Positions 8,331-16,426 of a stretch of 64,000 nt of DNA are shown piece by piece. The translations under genes were made by a program, and so were the position numbers. Source of the DNA: Candidatus Woesearchaeota archaeon (GTDB lineage: Archaea > Nanobdellota > Nanobdellia > Pacearchaeales > GW2011-AR1); assembly GCA_964366325.1 (NCBI GenBank), contig CAYITD010000005.1, positions 8,267 to 72,266 of the forward strand, written 5' to 3'. Each line of letters starts with the position of its first letter. Position 1 is the stretch's first letter. The notes under the pieces were generated by a model. That model was not told where the DNA came from. It saw nothing but the letters and a program-made list of their open reading frames with translations, and made no database searches.

Positions 8331-8947
8331 TATATTACCTCGATCTTTATCGGTTTACTCATCGTGAGCTTTATCATTACATTTCTTACATTTTCTCTTT
8401 TCTTAGGCAAAGCGTTTTCTATTGCTTTATAGACAGCCAAGATATTTTCTTCTATATCTGCGTCTTTTGATGTTTCTTTTCCTACTATTAATTTCAAACT
8501 TGCTTCCTTTAATCTTATCTTAAGAGATTTTGATATTTTGTCTAAACTTTCCTTTATGTTTTTATCATCCTCGTGCATAATAACTCCTAATTGAGGAGAC
8601 GGCATTTTTCCTGCTGGTCCTAGAATTTTACCAAAAACAGTTGCAACCTTTCCCATTAATGGAGCGCTTGCAATAAAATAGTCGTATCTCTTTACTAGAT
8701 TTTTCAATTCTTTTTTATCTTTATATCTTTGAAATTCAGGCTCTGTGATTGTTTCAACAAGAGTTGATTTCTTTGTAAGAAAACCGCAAACTTTTTTTTC
8801 TTTGAATTTATGAGGAAGAGTAACTACTGTGTTTACTTGGTCTCTCTTTGGATCTATTTTTTTAAGATTTACAATTAAATCTATGCTTTGATCAAACTTT
8901 TTCTTCTCTAAGCTTCTTAATTCTTTTAGTGCTTCTTGAATCTTCAT
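8330..8947 (-). CDS. rpl1: 50S ribosomal protein L1
   Basis: KFDQSIDLIVNLK.., LGPAGKMPSP; position in L11-L1-P0-P1 order; 1-nt overlap with P0 start. Confidence 0.9.
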   Translation of the reverse strand: MKIQEALKELRSLEKKKFDQSIDLIVNLKKIDPKRDQVNTVVTLPHKFKEKKVCGFLTKKSTLVETITEPEFQRYKDKKELKNLVKRYDYFIASAPLMGKVATVFGKILGPAGKMPSPQLGVIMHEDDKNIKESLDKISKSLKIRLKEASLKLIVGKETSKDADIEENILAVYKAIENALPKKRENVRNVMIKLTMSKPIKIEVI

Positions 8948-9066
8948 TTTTATCTCCTACACTATGACCTCTAACCCTAGATATGTTTGAGGGATGTAGT
9001 TTAACGATATTTTTAGTTGGATTGAAGCTTTTTAAAGGTTTTTGTTTTGAGGGGTTTGTAAAAAAG

Positions 9067-9396
9067 TCAAAAGATTAAATCTAACAAGACCCAACAAGTT
9101 AAGCAGATTATCCAAACCACCACATAAGAAAAAATTAGAAAAGTTAGACTATCAAGAAAAAGATTTCCTTCGTATTTTTTCTGTTTTATCTCTAAATGTA
9201 TTGTTGTGGCTATTAAACTACCAGCTATTGAGAGAACGAGAACAAAGAAAGTTTCTCTTCCTATGAAATAAGACATTCCAAGAAATTCCTTGAATGTGTA
9301 AGCATCATGGATAAACTTCACCCACACAAAAGAGAAGAAAAACACCAAGAATAAACCTGCTAAATTAAACCTCCAAATTTTTCTATAGTCTGCCAT
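9067..9396 (-). CDS. hypothetical polytopic membrane protein
   Basis: 109-aa ORF with 3 hydrophobic segments; lies between L11 and L1. Confidence 0.4.
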   Translation of the reverse strand: MADYRKIWRFNLAGLFLVFFFSFVWVKFIHDAYTFKEFLGMSYFIGRETFFVLVLSIAGSLIATTIHLEIKQKKYEGNLFLDSLTFLIFSYVVVWIICLTCWVLLDLIF

Positions 9397-9539
9397 CTTA
9401 ATCTATATTTTCCTTCACCTGAATTTATTTCTTGTATCTTTAAGATAAAATAATATATAGATTTTTGCATTAAAATTTTTAAAGATTGAAAACAAAAAAT
9501 CACAATAATTCTTAAATAGTAAAGATTTGAGGAATTTTA

Positions 9540-9842
9540 ATGGTCACATTGACTACTAGAAGCGGAACCAATTATGAACTAGTTGAAAGGGATGGAAACA
9601 GATACGTTAGTTCTAGTTTAGATGGAGAGACTAGAGAATACAAAGTTCTTGGTTTCTACGACCCTAGCAAAGCAAACGTTGAGAAAGATGAAGAAGGATT
9701 TATTGTTAAGATTAGTGATTTGTCAAAACATCTAGGACCTAAACCAAGAGTAGGATCAAAACTTGTTGCTAAGCTTGAGGCTGAAGATGAATCTGCAAGA
9801 CCTTATTTAATAACTGGTACCATAGTAGACATAAAAAAATAA
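9540..9842 (+). CDS. hypothetical protein (orphan)
   Basis: 100-aa ORF, opposite strand inside the ribosomal cluster; no motif recognised. Confidence 0.35.
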   Translation: MVTLTTRSGTNYELVERDGNRYVSSSLDGETREYKVLGFYDPSKANVEKDEEGFIVKISDLSKHLGPKPRVGSKLVAKLEAEDESARPYLITGTIVDIKK

Positions 9843-9884
9843 ATTATATTTTTAATTAATTTTAAAAGAAAATTGCGATACTAA

Positions 9885-10640
9885 TTATTTCTTCTTGGCG
9901 TCTTTTTTAGCAGGCTCTTTCTTTGCAGGTTCTTTTTTACCTGCTTCTTTCTTAGCATCTGGAGCCGCGGTTCCTGCGGCTGGAGCTCCTGCGACAGGCG
10001 TTGCTCCTGGAGCTGTTGTTCCTGCAACTGTTGCTTCTGCAGCTTTGGCAGCTTCTTCAGCGGCTTTGGCTTCTTCAGCAGCTTTCTTCTTCTTTTCTTG
10101 TTCTGATTTGATTTTTGCGAAATATTCATCAAGAACTTTTTTCTTTTCAAGAGAAGGTTGAGTTCTTTCTTCGTTAATTTCTGAGTCATATACTCCAGAA
10201 TCTATTTCTATTTCTATTTCCTGAGGAGTTTTGCTTTCTACTAAAACACCCATTGAAACGCAGGTACCAACTACTAATTTAAGTGCTGCCTTCAATGTTC
10301 TTGTAGGTAATGAAGATTGTTTTGCTTTAGCTACACCTATTAAAGTTTCTATTGAAGAATTAGCAATTCTTACCCTATTAGGTTCTCCTGAGCCTTTTTC
10401 TAAACCTAATTCTTTCTTTATCATTTCAGCAACAGGTGGAGAAAATACTTCTATTTTGTAAGTTTTAGTTTTAGAATCAACGTCTATTTCTATAGGAACT
10501 TTAACTCCTCTGAAACCCTCTGTTTTTTTATTTACATCCTCTATAAGTTTACTTAAATTAATCCCCATTGGACCTAGCTGTTGAGCTACTGCTGGACCTG
10601 GTTTCATAGAACCGCCATCAACTATAAATTTCACTTTCAT
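9885..10640 (-). CDS. rpl11: 50S ribosomal protein L11 with long Ala/Lys/Glu/Pro-rich C-terminal extension
   Basis: MKVKFIVDGGSMKPGPAVAQQLGPMGINL, VFSPPVAEMIKKE; start set to ATG 10640; about 90 extra C-terminal residues. Confidence 0.9.
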   Translation of the reverse strand: MKVKFIVDGGSMKPGPAVAQQLGPMGINLSKLIEDVNKKTEGFRGVKVPIEIDVDSKTKTYKIEVFSPPVAEMIKKELGLEKGSGEPNRVRIANSSIETLIGVAKAKQSSLPTRTLKAALKLVVGTCVSMGVLVESKTPQEIEIEIDSGVYDSEINEERTQPSLEKKKVLDEYFAKIKSEQEKKKKAAEEAKAAEEAAKAAEATVAGTTAPGATPVAGAPAAGTAAPDAKKEAGKKEPAKKEPAKKDAKKK

Positions 10641-11121
10641 CTTCGTTCTCCGTATTTTGTTGCTCTTCAGCCTCTTTTTCTTCTTTTTCACGCCTTATAA
10701 CCTTTACGTTATCTATCTTTACAGTAACTGGGATAGGTACTGAAGCTCCAAGCAAGGAAACTACAGCTTCTCCCTTCTGTTTATCTAAACGAGTTACTTT
10801 TGCTCTTTCTCCTTTGAAGGTTTGTCCTATGATCTCGACGATATCTCCTACTTCGATATTTATTTCTTCAATCTTAGGTTCTAACATGCTTTGTATTTCA
10901 GCATATTCTAGAGTTTTTCCTATAATGCCTTTTACATATGGTAAATTAAATGCTGCTTCTTCAGCTGAATCTCTGTCAAGTGCTTCAAGAATAACGTACC
11001 CTTTAAGACCATGAGGTTTAACCAAGGAGAAAACATTTAGAGATTTCTTTCTTGCTCTCTGTGCTATCATTTCTATAGCTTTTTCTTCTTTATTCGTCGT
11101 TACTTTTATGATAAATATCAT
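10618..11121 (-). CDS. nusG: transcription elongation factor Spt5/NusG
   Basis: NGN-like N-domain, KOW region GDIVEIIGQTFKGERAKV; directly upstream of L11 with 23-nt overlap. Confidence 0.85.
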   Translation of the reverse strand: MIFIIKVTTNKEEKAIEMIAQRARKKSLNVFSLVKPHGLKGYVILEALDRDSAEEAAFNLPYVKGIIGKTLEYAEIQSMLEPKIEEINIEVGDIVEIIGQTFKGERAKVTRLDKQKGEAVVSLLGASVPIPVTVKIDNVKVIRREKEEKEAEEQQNTENEDESEIYS

Positions 11122-11202
11122 CTTGCTTAGGCTCCGCTACCTCTTGATCTAAAGAAGTAGATCTAAAATATTGTAAATTTGTCTATTTAAAGGTTTTCTT
11201 TT

Positions 11203-12084
11203 TCAATATTTATAATTTCCTAAATCTATAATACTCAAATGTGGATTGTAATGCCCCATTTGAGTTCCGTAATAATCTACATTGAATTTACGTCCTTTTA
11301 ATTTTGTTATAACTACGTCATGCGATTCACCTGTCAGCTCAGACTCACGTCTGGAAGTTAAAAGATCAGAAGGATTTTCGAAAAAACCTTCTTCTGGAAA
11401 ATCAAAAGAACCTGTAAGATATTCAGACCCAGAAGGACCAGCATATTTACTGCAGTCTTCAGAAGTTGCGTGAAGATGAAATCTGGCTAAGTGAGGTATA
11501 TGAACAAAATGCCCTCTTCTCCAAGAATAAGCTTTTACCTTGTTGTGGATTGAAGAAACTTTTACTAAATCTAAAAAACCCTCGACAAATCTAAGATAAC
11601 CTCCAACTTCCTCTGCTTCCCCTACTAACGTATTTTCATCTATTAATTCTCCTACTCGATTAACAAATTTTTTATTTCTTAAAGTGCCCAACATAATTTT
11701 TACCCTTAGGAGTTGAAGAGGTTTAGCTCGATAAATGTCAGAAGGTCTACCTTCTTCCATTCCTGTTCTATAAGAATGTTCTAACTTTCCTAAAACTTTT
11801 TCTAAATTTCCACGTTCATCTTGAAGAGAATTTATATCTTCAACGCTATATGTTCTTGATAAATTTTTTGCTAAGTCAAATAAGTTCTGTATTGGGTAAG
11901 GCTGTTTTGGATCAAACATGGAACATTCTGCGCACGGTTCTGGAGAAGAAAAATGAATTGTAACACCGTTGGATAGATAATTTTGTGTTTTACTCCACAA
12001 TCTTAACAAACTTTCTTTAAGGGCTTCTTCTTGACTCTGTCTCTTTGTTTCTCTTCTTTCTTTAAATGATCTGATAATTCCCAT
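11203..12084 (-). CDS. hypothetical protein with JAB/MPN-like metalloprotease motifs in the C-terminal half
   Basis: AEEVGGYL (E-x2-GG-x-L) followed by FHLHATS..AGPSGSE (H-x-H ... S-x-x-E), a relaxed JAMM pattern. Confidence 0.35.
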   Translation of the reverse strand: MGIIRSFKERRETKRQSQEEALKESLLRLWSKTQNYLSNGVTIHFSSPEPCAECSMFDPKQPYPIQNLFDLAKNLSRTYSVEDINSLQDERGNLEKVLGKLEHSYRTGMEEGRPSDIYRAKPLQLLRVKIMLGTLRNKKFVNRVGELIDENTLVGEAEEVGGYLRFVEGFLDLVKVSSIHNKVKAYSWRRGHFVHIPHLARFHLHATSEDCSKYAGPSGSEYLTGSFDFPEEGFFENPSDLLTSRRESELTGESHDVVITKLKGRKFNVDYYGTQMGHYNPHLSIIDLGNYKY

Positions 12085-12179
12085 AATTTTTTATATTTGA
12101 AAGGAATTTAAACCTTTCTACTTATAACTACTTATAAGTTACATTATTTATTATGTTAGAAAGATAATTATAAAAGCAA

Positions 12180-12398
12180 TTGATAGCTTATTGTGGAATG
12201 ACTGAATGTGTAAACTTGACTGATATCATTGGTGCAAGAGTTTTTTATCCTGAACCTATTAGTGAAGGAGAACGAAGAAGTTTCTTGGATGCTGTTGATA
12301 GCGAAATGAGAAGATTGGGATGGGATGAACTAAATAAGAGAACTGCTGATTCAGAAAGATTGACTGGAGAAGATTATCAAACCTATGTTAATTATTAA
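12180..12398 (+). CDS. hypothetical small protein
   Basis: 72-aa ORF (TTG start; alternative ATG at 12198). Confidence 0.3.
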   Translation: MIAYCGMTECVNLTDIIGARVFYPEPISEGERRSFLDAVDSEMRRLGWDELNKRTADSERLTGEDYQTYVNY

Positions 12399-12405
12399 GA
12401 AGAGA

Positions 12406-12729
12406 CTATTTACCGCTGTCTATGATTCCTAGGATTCCGCCGATTATTGCCAAAACATCAAATGTTAAGATTCCAAGAACTAGACCTAAAATTCCGCCAT
12501 TCTTTACTCTCTTTGAATCTTTCATTAAGTGCGCAGAATATAATTTTAGCAGACCTGAAGCTAAGCAGAGTATTGTAAGGATTGTAAAGAGAACAATGTA
12601 AAATCCTATTGGGCCTCTGTCCTCAGAGACTATAGCAAAAAGAAAGAAAAAAACTAACAAAAACAAAGTGCCGACTAAATTAAGAATCCCACTTATTAAG
12701 AGTAAAATTGATCCCGTCTTAGATTGCAT
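12406..12729 (-). CDS. hypothetical membrane protein
   Basis: 107 aa, three to four TM segments, Gly-rich GGILGLVLGIL..IIGGILGII. Confidence 0.45.
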   Translation of the reverse strand: MQSKTGSILLLISGILNLVGTLFLLVFFFLFAIVSEDRGPIGFYIVLFTILTILCLASGLLKLYSAHLMKDSKRVKNGGILGLVLGILTFDVLAIIGGILGIIDSGK

Positions 12730-12766
12730 ATGTTATCTAATAAAATCTAATTTAAAAAACTTTGTT

Positions 12767-13207
12767 TTATAATCTTTCTAAGTATTCTTTTATTCTCTCG
12801 ATCGTCTGCGGGACAATAAAAGCCTCTACTTTATTTTTGAAAATTTCAGGTAGTGGGGCAAATTCTGACAAACGGTATTTATTTTCTTTTTTATCAACAA
12901 ACATTATGTCTCGCAATCTTTTAAGCTGTCTTCTTATATTTGACTCCGCTAATCCTTTATTGTCTAAAGAATTTTGTTTTCTTAATTCTTCTATTTTGTC
13001 TCTTATCTCAAAAGAAGAAAGCCAGACAGATTGTTTTCTAGAGTCTTCTAGAATAAGGAACAAATCCACTATTATGTCTCTTGAATCTCCTGGCTGCAGC
13101 AAACCAAGACTTAAACACACTTTCCTTACCAAATCTCTTTTCGAAGAATCATAAGGTTTTTCGTACCTTCTTAGAGTTATTTCCATTAAAGGAAGATCTT
13201 TCACCAT
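12767..13207 (-). CDS. predicted winged-helix DNA-binding protein
   Basis: 146 aa; helix-rich pattern ..SRDIIVDLFLIL.., RRQLKRLRDIMFVDKKENKYRLSEF resembles wing/recognition helix; weak call. Confidence 0.35.
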   Translation of the reverse strand: MVKDLPLMEITLRRYEKPYDSSKRDLVRKVCLSLGLLQPGDSRDIIVDLFLILEDSRKQSVWLSSFEIRDKIEELRKQNSLDNKGLAESNIRRQLKRLRDIMFVDKKENKYRLSEFAPLPEIFKNKVEAFIVPQTIERIKEYLERL

Positions 13208-13257
13208 TCGCTTTGGAGAACAGCAATTATTATAAATCTAATGTTTCTTTTTTCTCT
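13208..13257. promoter_or_regulatory. 50-nt bidirectional promoter spacer with central TATA-like box
   Basis: ATGs at 13207(-) and 13258(+) are 51 nt apart; ATTATTATAAAT at 13226-13237 is centred. Confidence 0.5.
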
Positions 13258-13614
13258 ATGAATTTGGTGGTTTTAATTGGTGAAGACAAAGAAAGTTATG
13301 GGCAGGTAACTGCTTTATTGAATAGAACAGATGCTGAAAAAATTGTTCTTTTGAAAAATAAAAAGGCTGATAGTTTTCCTCAGAATGAAAAATGTAAAAT
13401 AATTGAGATAGACTCTTCAAAAGACTTACTTTCCTTAAAGGATGATATGAAGGAAAAATTAAAGGAAGAAATATCTAAGGAGTTTGAAGTTTCTTTATCT
13501 ATAGCTTCTGGGACTGGGAAGGAACATATGGCTCTTATTTCTGCTTTACTTTCAATCCCCGTTGGTGTGAGGTTTGTGGTTTTCACAAAAAATGGAATAG
13601 AATTTACAAATTGA
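13258..13614 (+). CDS. small Rossmann-like protein with CARF-like G-T-G-K-x-x-M motif
   Basis: MNLVVLIGED (beta1), EKIVLL (beta2), VSLSIASGTGKEHMALISALL; internal ATG chosen because the upstream part of the ORF overlaps the divergent gene. Confidence 0.35.
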   Translation: MNLVVLIGEDKESYGQVTALLNRTDAEKIVLLKNKKADSFPQNEKCKIIEIDSSKDLLSLKDDMKEKLKEEISKEFEVSLSIASGTGKEHMALISALLSIPVGVRFVVFTKNGIEFTN

Positions 13615-13689
13615 AATCTTGTTAATTACATTTTAAAATATCTGCGTTTGGGATTGAGTTATAATTATGCAGACTTGGTTAAAACAATA

Positions 13690-15081
13690 TTAGAAAAAAG
13701 AAAAAGCCCATTTCAACATAAGAATAACTAAAAGAGCCAGCATAAACCATGTCGCAAATGAATAAGCTCTGGAGGCTATTTTCTCTTTCTTTGTTATGCC
13801 TAAAACAGTAAGATAGAAGAATTTCCCTCCGTCTAGAATCCCTAAAGGAAGCATGTTAAACAAAGCTACTAGAAAATTGATTACAACAATCCACCATAAC
13901 AGATAATAAATGAACCAACCAAATTCTCCAATTGAAGAAGAATAAAAGATACCAGGTTTTTTCACTTTTGCAAGTGTGAGGGTATATACTTTTCCAATAA
14001 ATCCTCTGCTTTGACCATCTATAAAACCTACTCCTAAAAATGCTTTACCTTCTCTTTCCCCTAATTCTATATCATAAGTTTTTATTTCATTTACTACTTC
14101 TGTTCCAGGATTTGTAACGGCTGTTTTTATTCTTATTTTATCATTAGGTTTGTGAGCCAATAATATTCTTTGTAAGTCTTCCTTGCTTTGTATTTTTTCC
14201 CCATCTATTTCCATTATTGGACCTTTGAGATTTGATTTAAACGCAGGAGAATCATCGTAAGCATATATCAATGGAAGTTTATTTTTTATTGAATTTTCTA
14301 ACGAACTGGAATCCACGAAATAATTTTTACCATTAAATTCTAACTTTGCAAATTTTTCGTAAGAACTATTCCAGATTATTTTTGCTTCGCCCAGATCTAT
14401 TGGTGTTACCGCATAACTGTTGAAGTTTACTCCTGCAGGCATGAAGGAAAATTTGAAGAATAAAATTATAATTGCTCCAAAAAGTATTGTCATTAAAAGA
14501 TTCGCAAAAGTTCCGGCTGCTAAAATTGACATGTGCGGCAATTTTTTTGTTTTTTCTAATTGTTTTTCATCTGGTTCTACAAAAGCGCCCAATATAGGCC
14601 CCAAAAAGGCAAAACCAGTAGATTTTATCTTTAATTTGTGAAGCCTAGCAAAAATTCCATGAGAAAACTCGTGGGTTATTCCCACTATTGCTAAGGCTAT
14701 TAAAAAGTAAGTGAAATACAATGGAGGGAAAAAGGATTCTAAGCCAAAAATTTTGGGAAAGTATGGGATCAAGGGAGCAATAGGCGGCGCTCTAATGACA
14801 GAAGCTATAGGTAATTTCAAATAAAGATAAGTTGATTGAATAAAAAAATAAATTCCACCAAACATAAGACAGAAGCCAGATAGAATAACAACATACTGCA
14901 ATGGTCTTAAAATTTTTTTGTATTTTTCTGCGAATTTATCTATAAACTTTATTCCAAATTGTGTCCTATACAAAAATAAAATTCCTTGTCTGCTTAAATT
15001 GTGTTTTCTCGTTGAAAGAAACACAATTACGAATATAATAAAAGCTGTTAAAAACGCTAAATCGTAGTTTTGGAATTCCAT
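13690..15081 (-). CDS. site-2 protease (M50) family membrane metalloprotease with PDZ-like insert
   Basis: HEFSHGIFAR (HExxH), NMLPLGILDGG (NxxPxxxxDG), multiple TM segments. Confidence 0.85.
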   Translation of the reverse strand: MEFQNYDLAFLTAFIIFVIVFLSTRKHNLSRQGILFLYRTQFGIKFIDKFAEKYKKILRPLQYVVILSGFCLMFGGIYFFIQSTYLYLKLPIASVIRAPPIAPLIPYFPKIFGLESFFPPLYFTYFLIALAIVGITHEFSHGIFARLHKLKIKSTGFAFLGPILGAFVEPDEKQLEKTKKLPHMSILAAGTFANLLMTILFGAIIILFFKFSFMPAGVNFNSYAVTPIDLGEAKIIWNSSYEKFAKLEFNGKNYFVDSSSLENSIKNKLPLIYAYDDSPAFKSNLKGPIMEIDGEKIQSKEDLQRILLAHKPNDKIRIKTAVTNPGTEVVNEIKTYDIELGEREGKAFLGVGFIDGQSRGFIGKVYTLTLAKVKKPGIFYSSSIGEFGWFIYYLLWWIVVINFLVALFNMLPLGILDGGKFFYLTVLGITKKEKIASRAYSFATWFMLALLVILMLKWAFSFF

Positions 15082-15087
15082 TTCACC

Positions 15088-15255
15088 TTATTTCTTTTTT
15101 CTAATTGGTCTAAAAGACCGACTATTACATCTGACGCACTTAACTTTACCTGCGATTATTCTTACTGCTTGTGATCTTATCTTCTTTGAACAGTTTCTAC
15201 AAACGAAAACGTCTGCAAACATTCTCTTCTGTGCTGCTGGTAATTTTGTTCCCAT
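15088..15255 (-). CDS. rpl40e: 50S ribosomal protein L40e
   Basis: 55-aa ORF below the ORF-track cutoff: MGTKLPAAQKRMFADVFVCRNCSKK..KCVRCNSRSFRPIRKKK; C-x2-C ... C-x2-C zinc ribbon and basic tail typical of L40e. Confidence 0.7.
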   Translation of the reverse strand: MGTKLPAAQKRMFADVFVCRNCSKKIRSQAVRIIAGKVKCVRCNSRSFRPIRKKK

Positions 15256-15257
15256 AT

Positions 15258-15647
15258 TTAGTATACCCTCATTATAACTTTTTTACCTTCGATGTCCCAA
15301 TATTCTACTTGCTTCTCAACTTCTATCTGGTCTTTGAGTTCAGTCATAAATGGAACGTCAATTGTTTCATAATTCTCAAGATCCATTATTGAAGCTGCTG
15401 TTTCTGACACGCTTAAAACCTGAGCTCTTCTTTTCTCTACATTTGGAACGTCAAATCTTTCTCCACCTGGAACTGTGATTATTTTCTTTTTTCCGCTGAA
15501 AACTCCGGTTGCCTCAATTCTACATTTGCTGGCTCCGTGTTTTCCTGTCTTGCTTATATCGTTTGATCTAACCGAATACGGTTCTCCATCAGAGAGAATT
15601 ATTGTACCTGGTTTGGCCGACGTTGCATCGATTATTCTTAAAACCAT
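15258..15647 (-). CDS. eif5a: translation initiation factor 5A (aIF5A)
   Basis: Hypusine loop SKTGKHGASK; OB-fold C-domain. Confidence 0.92.
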   Translation of the reverse strand: MVLRIIDATSAKPGTIILSDGEPYSVRSNDISKTGKHGASKCRIEATGVFSGKKKIITVPGGERFDVPNVEKRRAQVLSVSETAASIMDLENYETIDVPFMTELKDQIEVEKQVEYWDIEGKKVIMRVY

Positions 15648-15697
15648 GTTTCTCCTTCACAAGAAATGTTTATAAAACTTACTAATTAACAGAATTC
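15648..15697. promoter_or_regulatory. 50-nt bidirectional promoter spacer with central TATA box
   Basis: ATGs at 15647(-) and 15698(+) are 51 nt apart; TTTATAAAA at 15669-15677 is centred. Confidence 0.55.
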
Positions 15698-16381
15698 ATG
15701 CAAATTGAGACCGCTAAGAAAAAAAATTTTATTGAAATTAAGTATACAGGCTATGCAAACGGTGAAGTTTTTGATTCTAATATTGAAGAAGATGTGAAAA
15801 AACTTCATGAAAATGCTAAAGCTGAAAAGAGCGTGATTGTTGTTGGAGAGGGAATGGTTGTTCCTGGACTTGATAAAAATCTTGAAGGAAAAGAAATAGG
15901 AAAAGAATATGAAATAATTGTGCCTTTCAAAGAAGGTTTTGGTGAAAGAAAAAGAGAGTTGATAAAAACTATTCCTTTAAGCGCTTTCAAAGGAAAAGAA
16001 GTTATGCCTAGAGTAGGTATGGTTCTTGCATTGGATCAATATTTAGCCAAGGTAATTGCGATTTCTGGCGCTAGAGTTGTTGCTGATTTAAATAACCCTT
16101 TGGCGGGAAAAGATCTTAAATATAAAATAAAAATAGTAAGAAAAGTTGAAGATGATAAAGAAAAGGCTGAAGCATATTTTAAGTTTTTTCTAGGAGTTTC
16201 TCCTGATACAGAGTCTAGGGAAAAAGAGATAGTTGTTAAGTTGCCTAAAAATCTTGAAAAGCTTATTGATTTGCACAAAATAAAATTTAAAGAATTGGTT
16301 GGTAAAGATCTGACTTTTGAAGAAAAAAAGGAAGAAAAATATAACCATGAACATGGGAAAGAACACGAACATAAACATTGA
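15698..16381 (+). CDS. FKBP-type peptidyl-prolyl isomerase (SlyD-like) with His-rich tail
   Basis: IEIKYTGYANGEVFDSN, insert-in-flap region, C-terminal HEHGKEHEHKH. Confidence 0.85.
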   Translation: MQIETAKKKNFIEIKYTGYANGEVFDSNIEEDVKKLHENAKAEKSVIVVGEGMVVPGLDKNLEGKEIGKEYEIIVPFKEGFGERKRELIKTIPLSAFKGKEVMPRVGMVLALDQYLAKVIAISGARVVADLNNPLAGKDLKYKIKIVRKVEDDKEKAEAYFKFFLGVSPDTESREKEIVVKLPKNLEKLIDLHKIKFKELVGKDLTFEEKKEEKYNHEHGKEHEHKH

Positions 16382-16396
16382 TCTTAATGCGATAAT

Positions 16397-16406
16397 GTTT
16401 ATAAAT
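16397..16406 (+). promoter_or_regulatory. TATA box of ftsZ
   Basis: GTTTATAAAT centred about 25 nt upstream of ATG 16427. Confidence 0.45.
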
Positions 16407-16426
16407 TGCTAAAACGTGGCTATTTA

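Noticed and set aside
8948-9066. L1 autoregulatory mRNA site upstream of rpl1
   Set aside because: Small CCCT/AGGG and CCTC/GAGG pairings exist in the leader, but I could not match them to the known L1-binding consensus by eye.
9881-10189. ORFs 9881..10189(-) and 9895..10161(+) over the L11 3' region
   Set aside because: Frame-shifted and antisense readings of the Ala/Lys-rich L11 tail. The L11 frame is continuous with the conserved N-domain.
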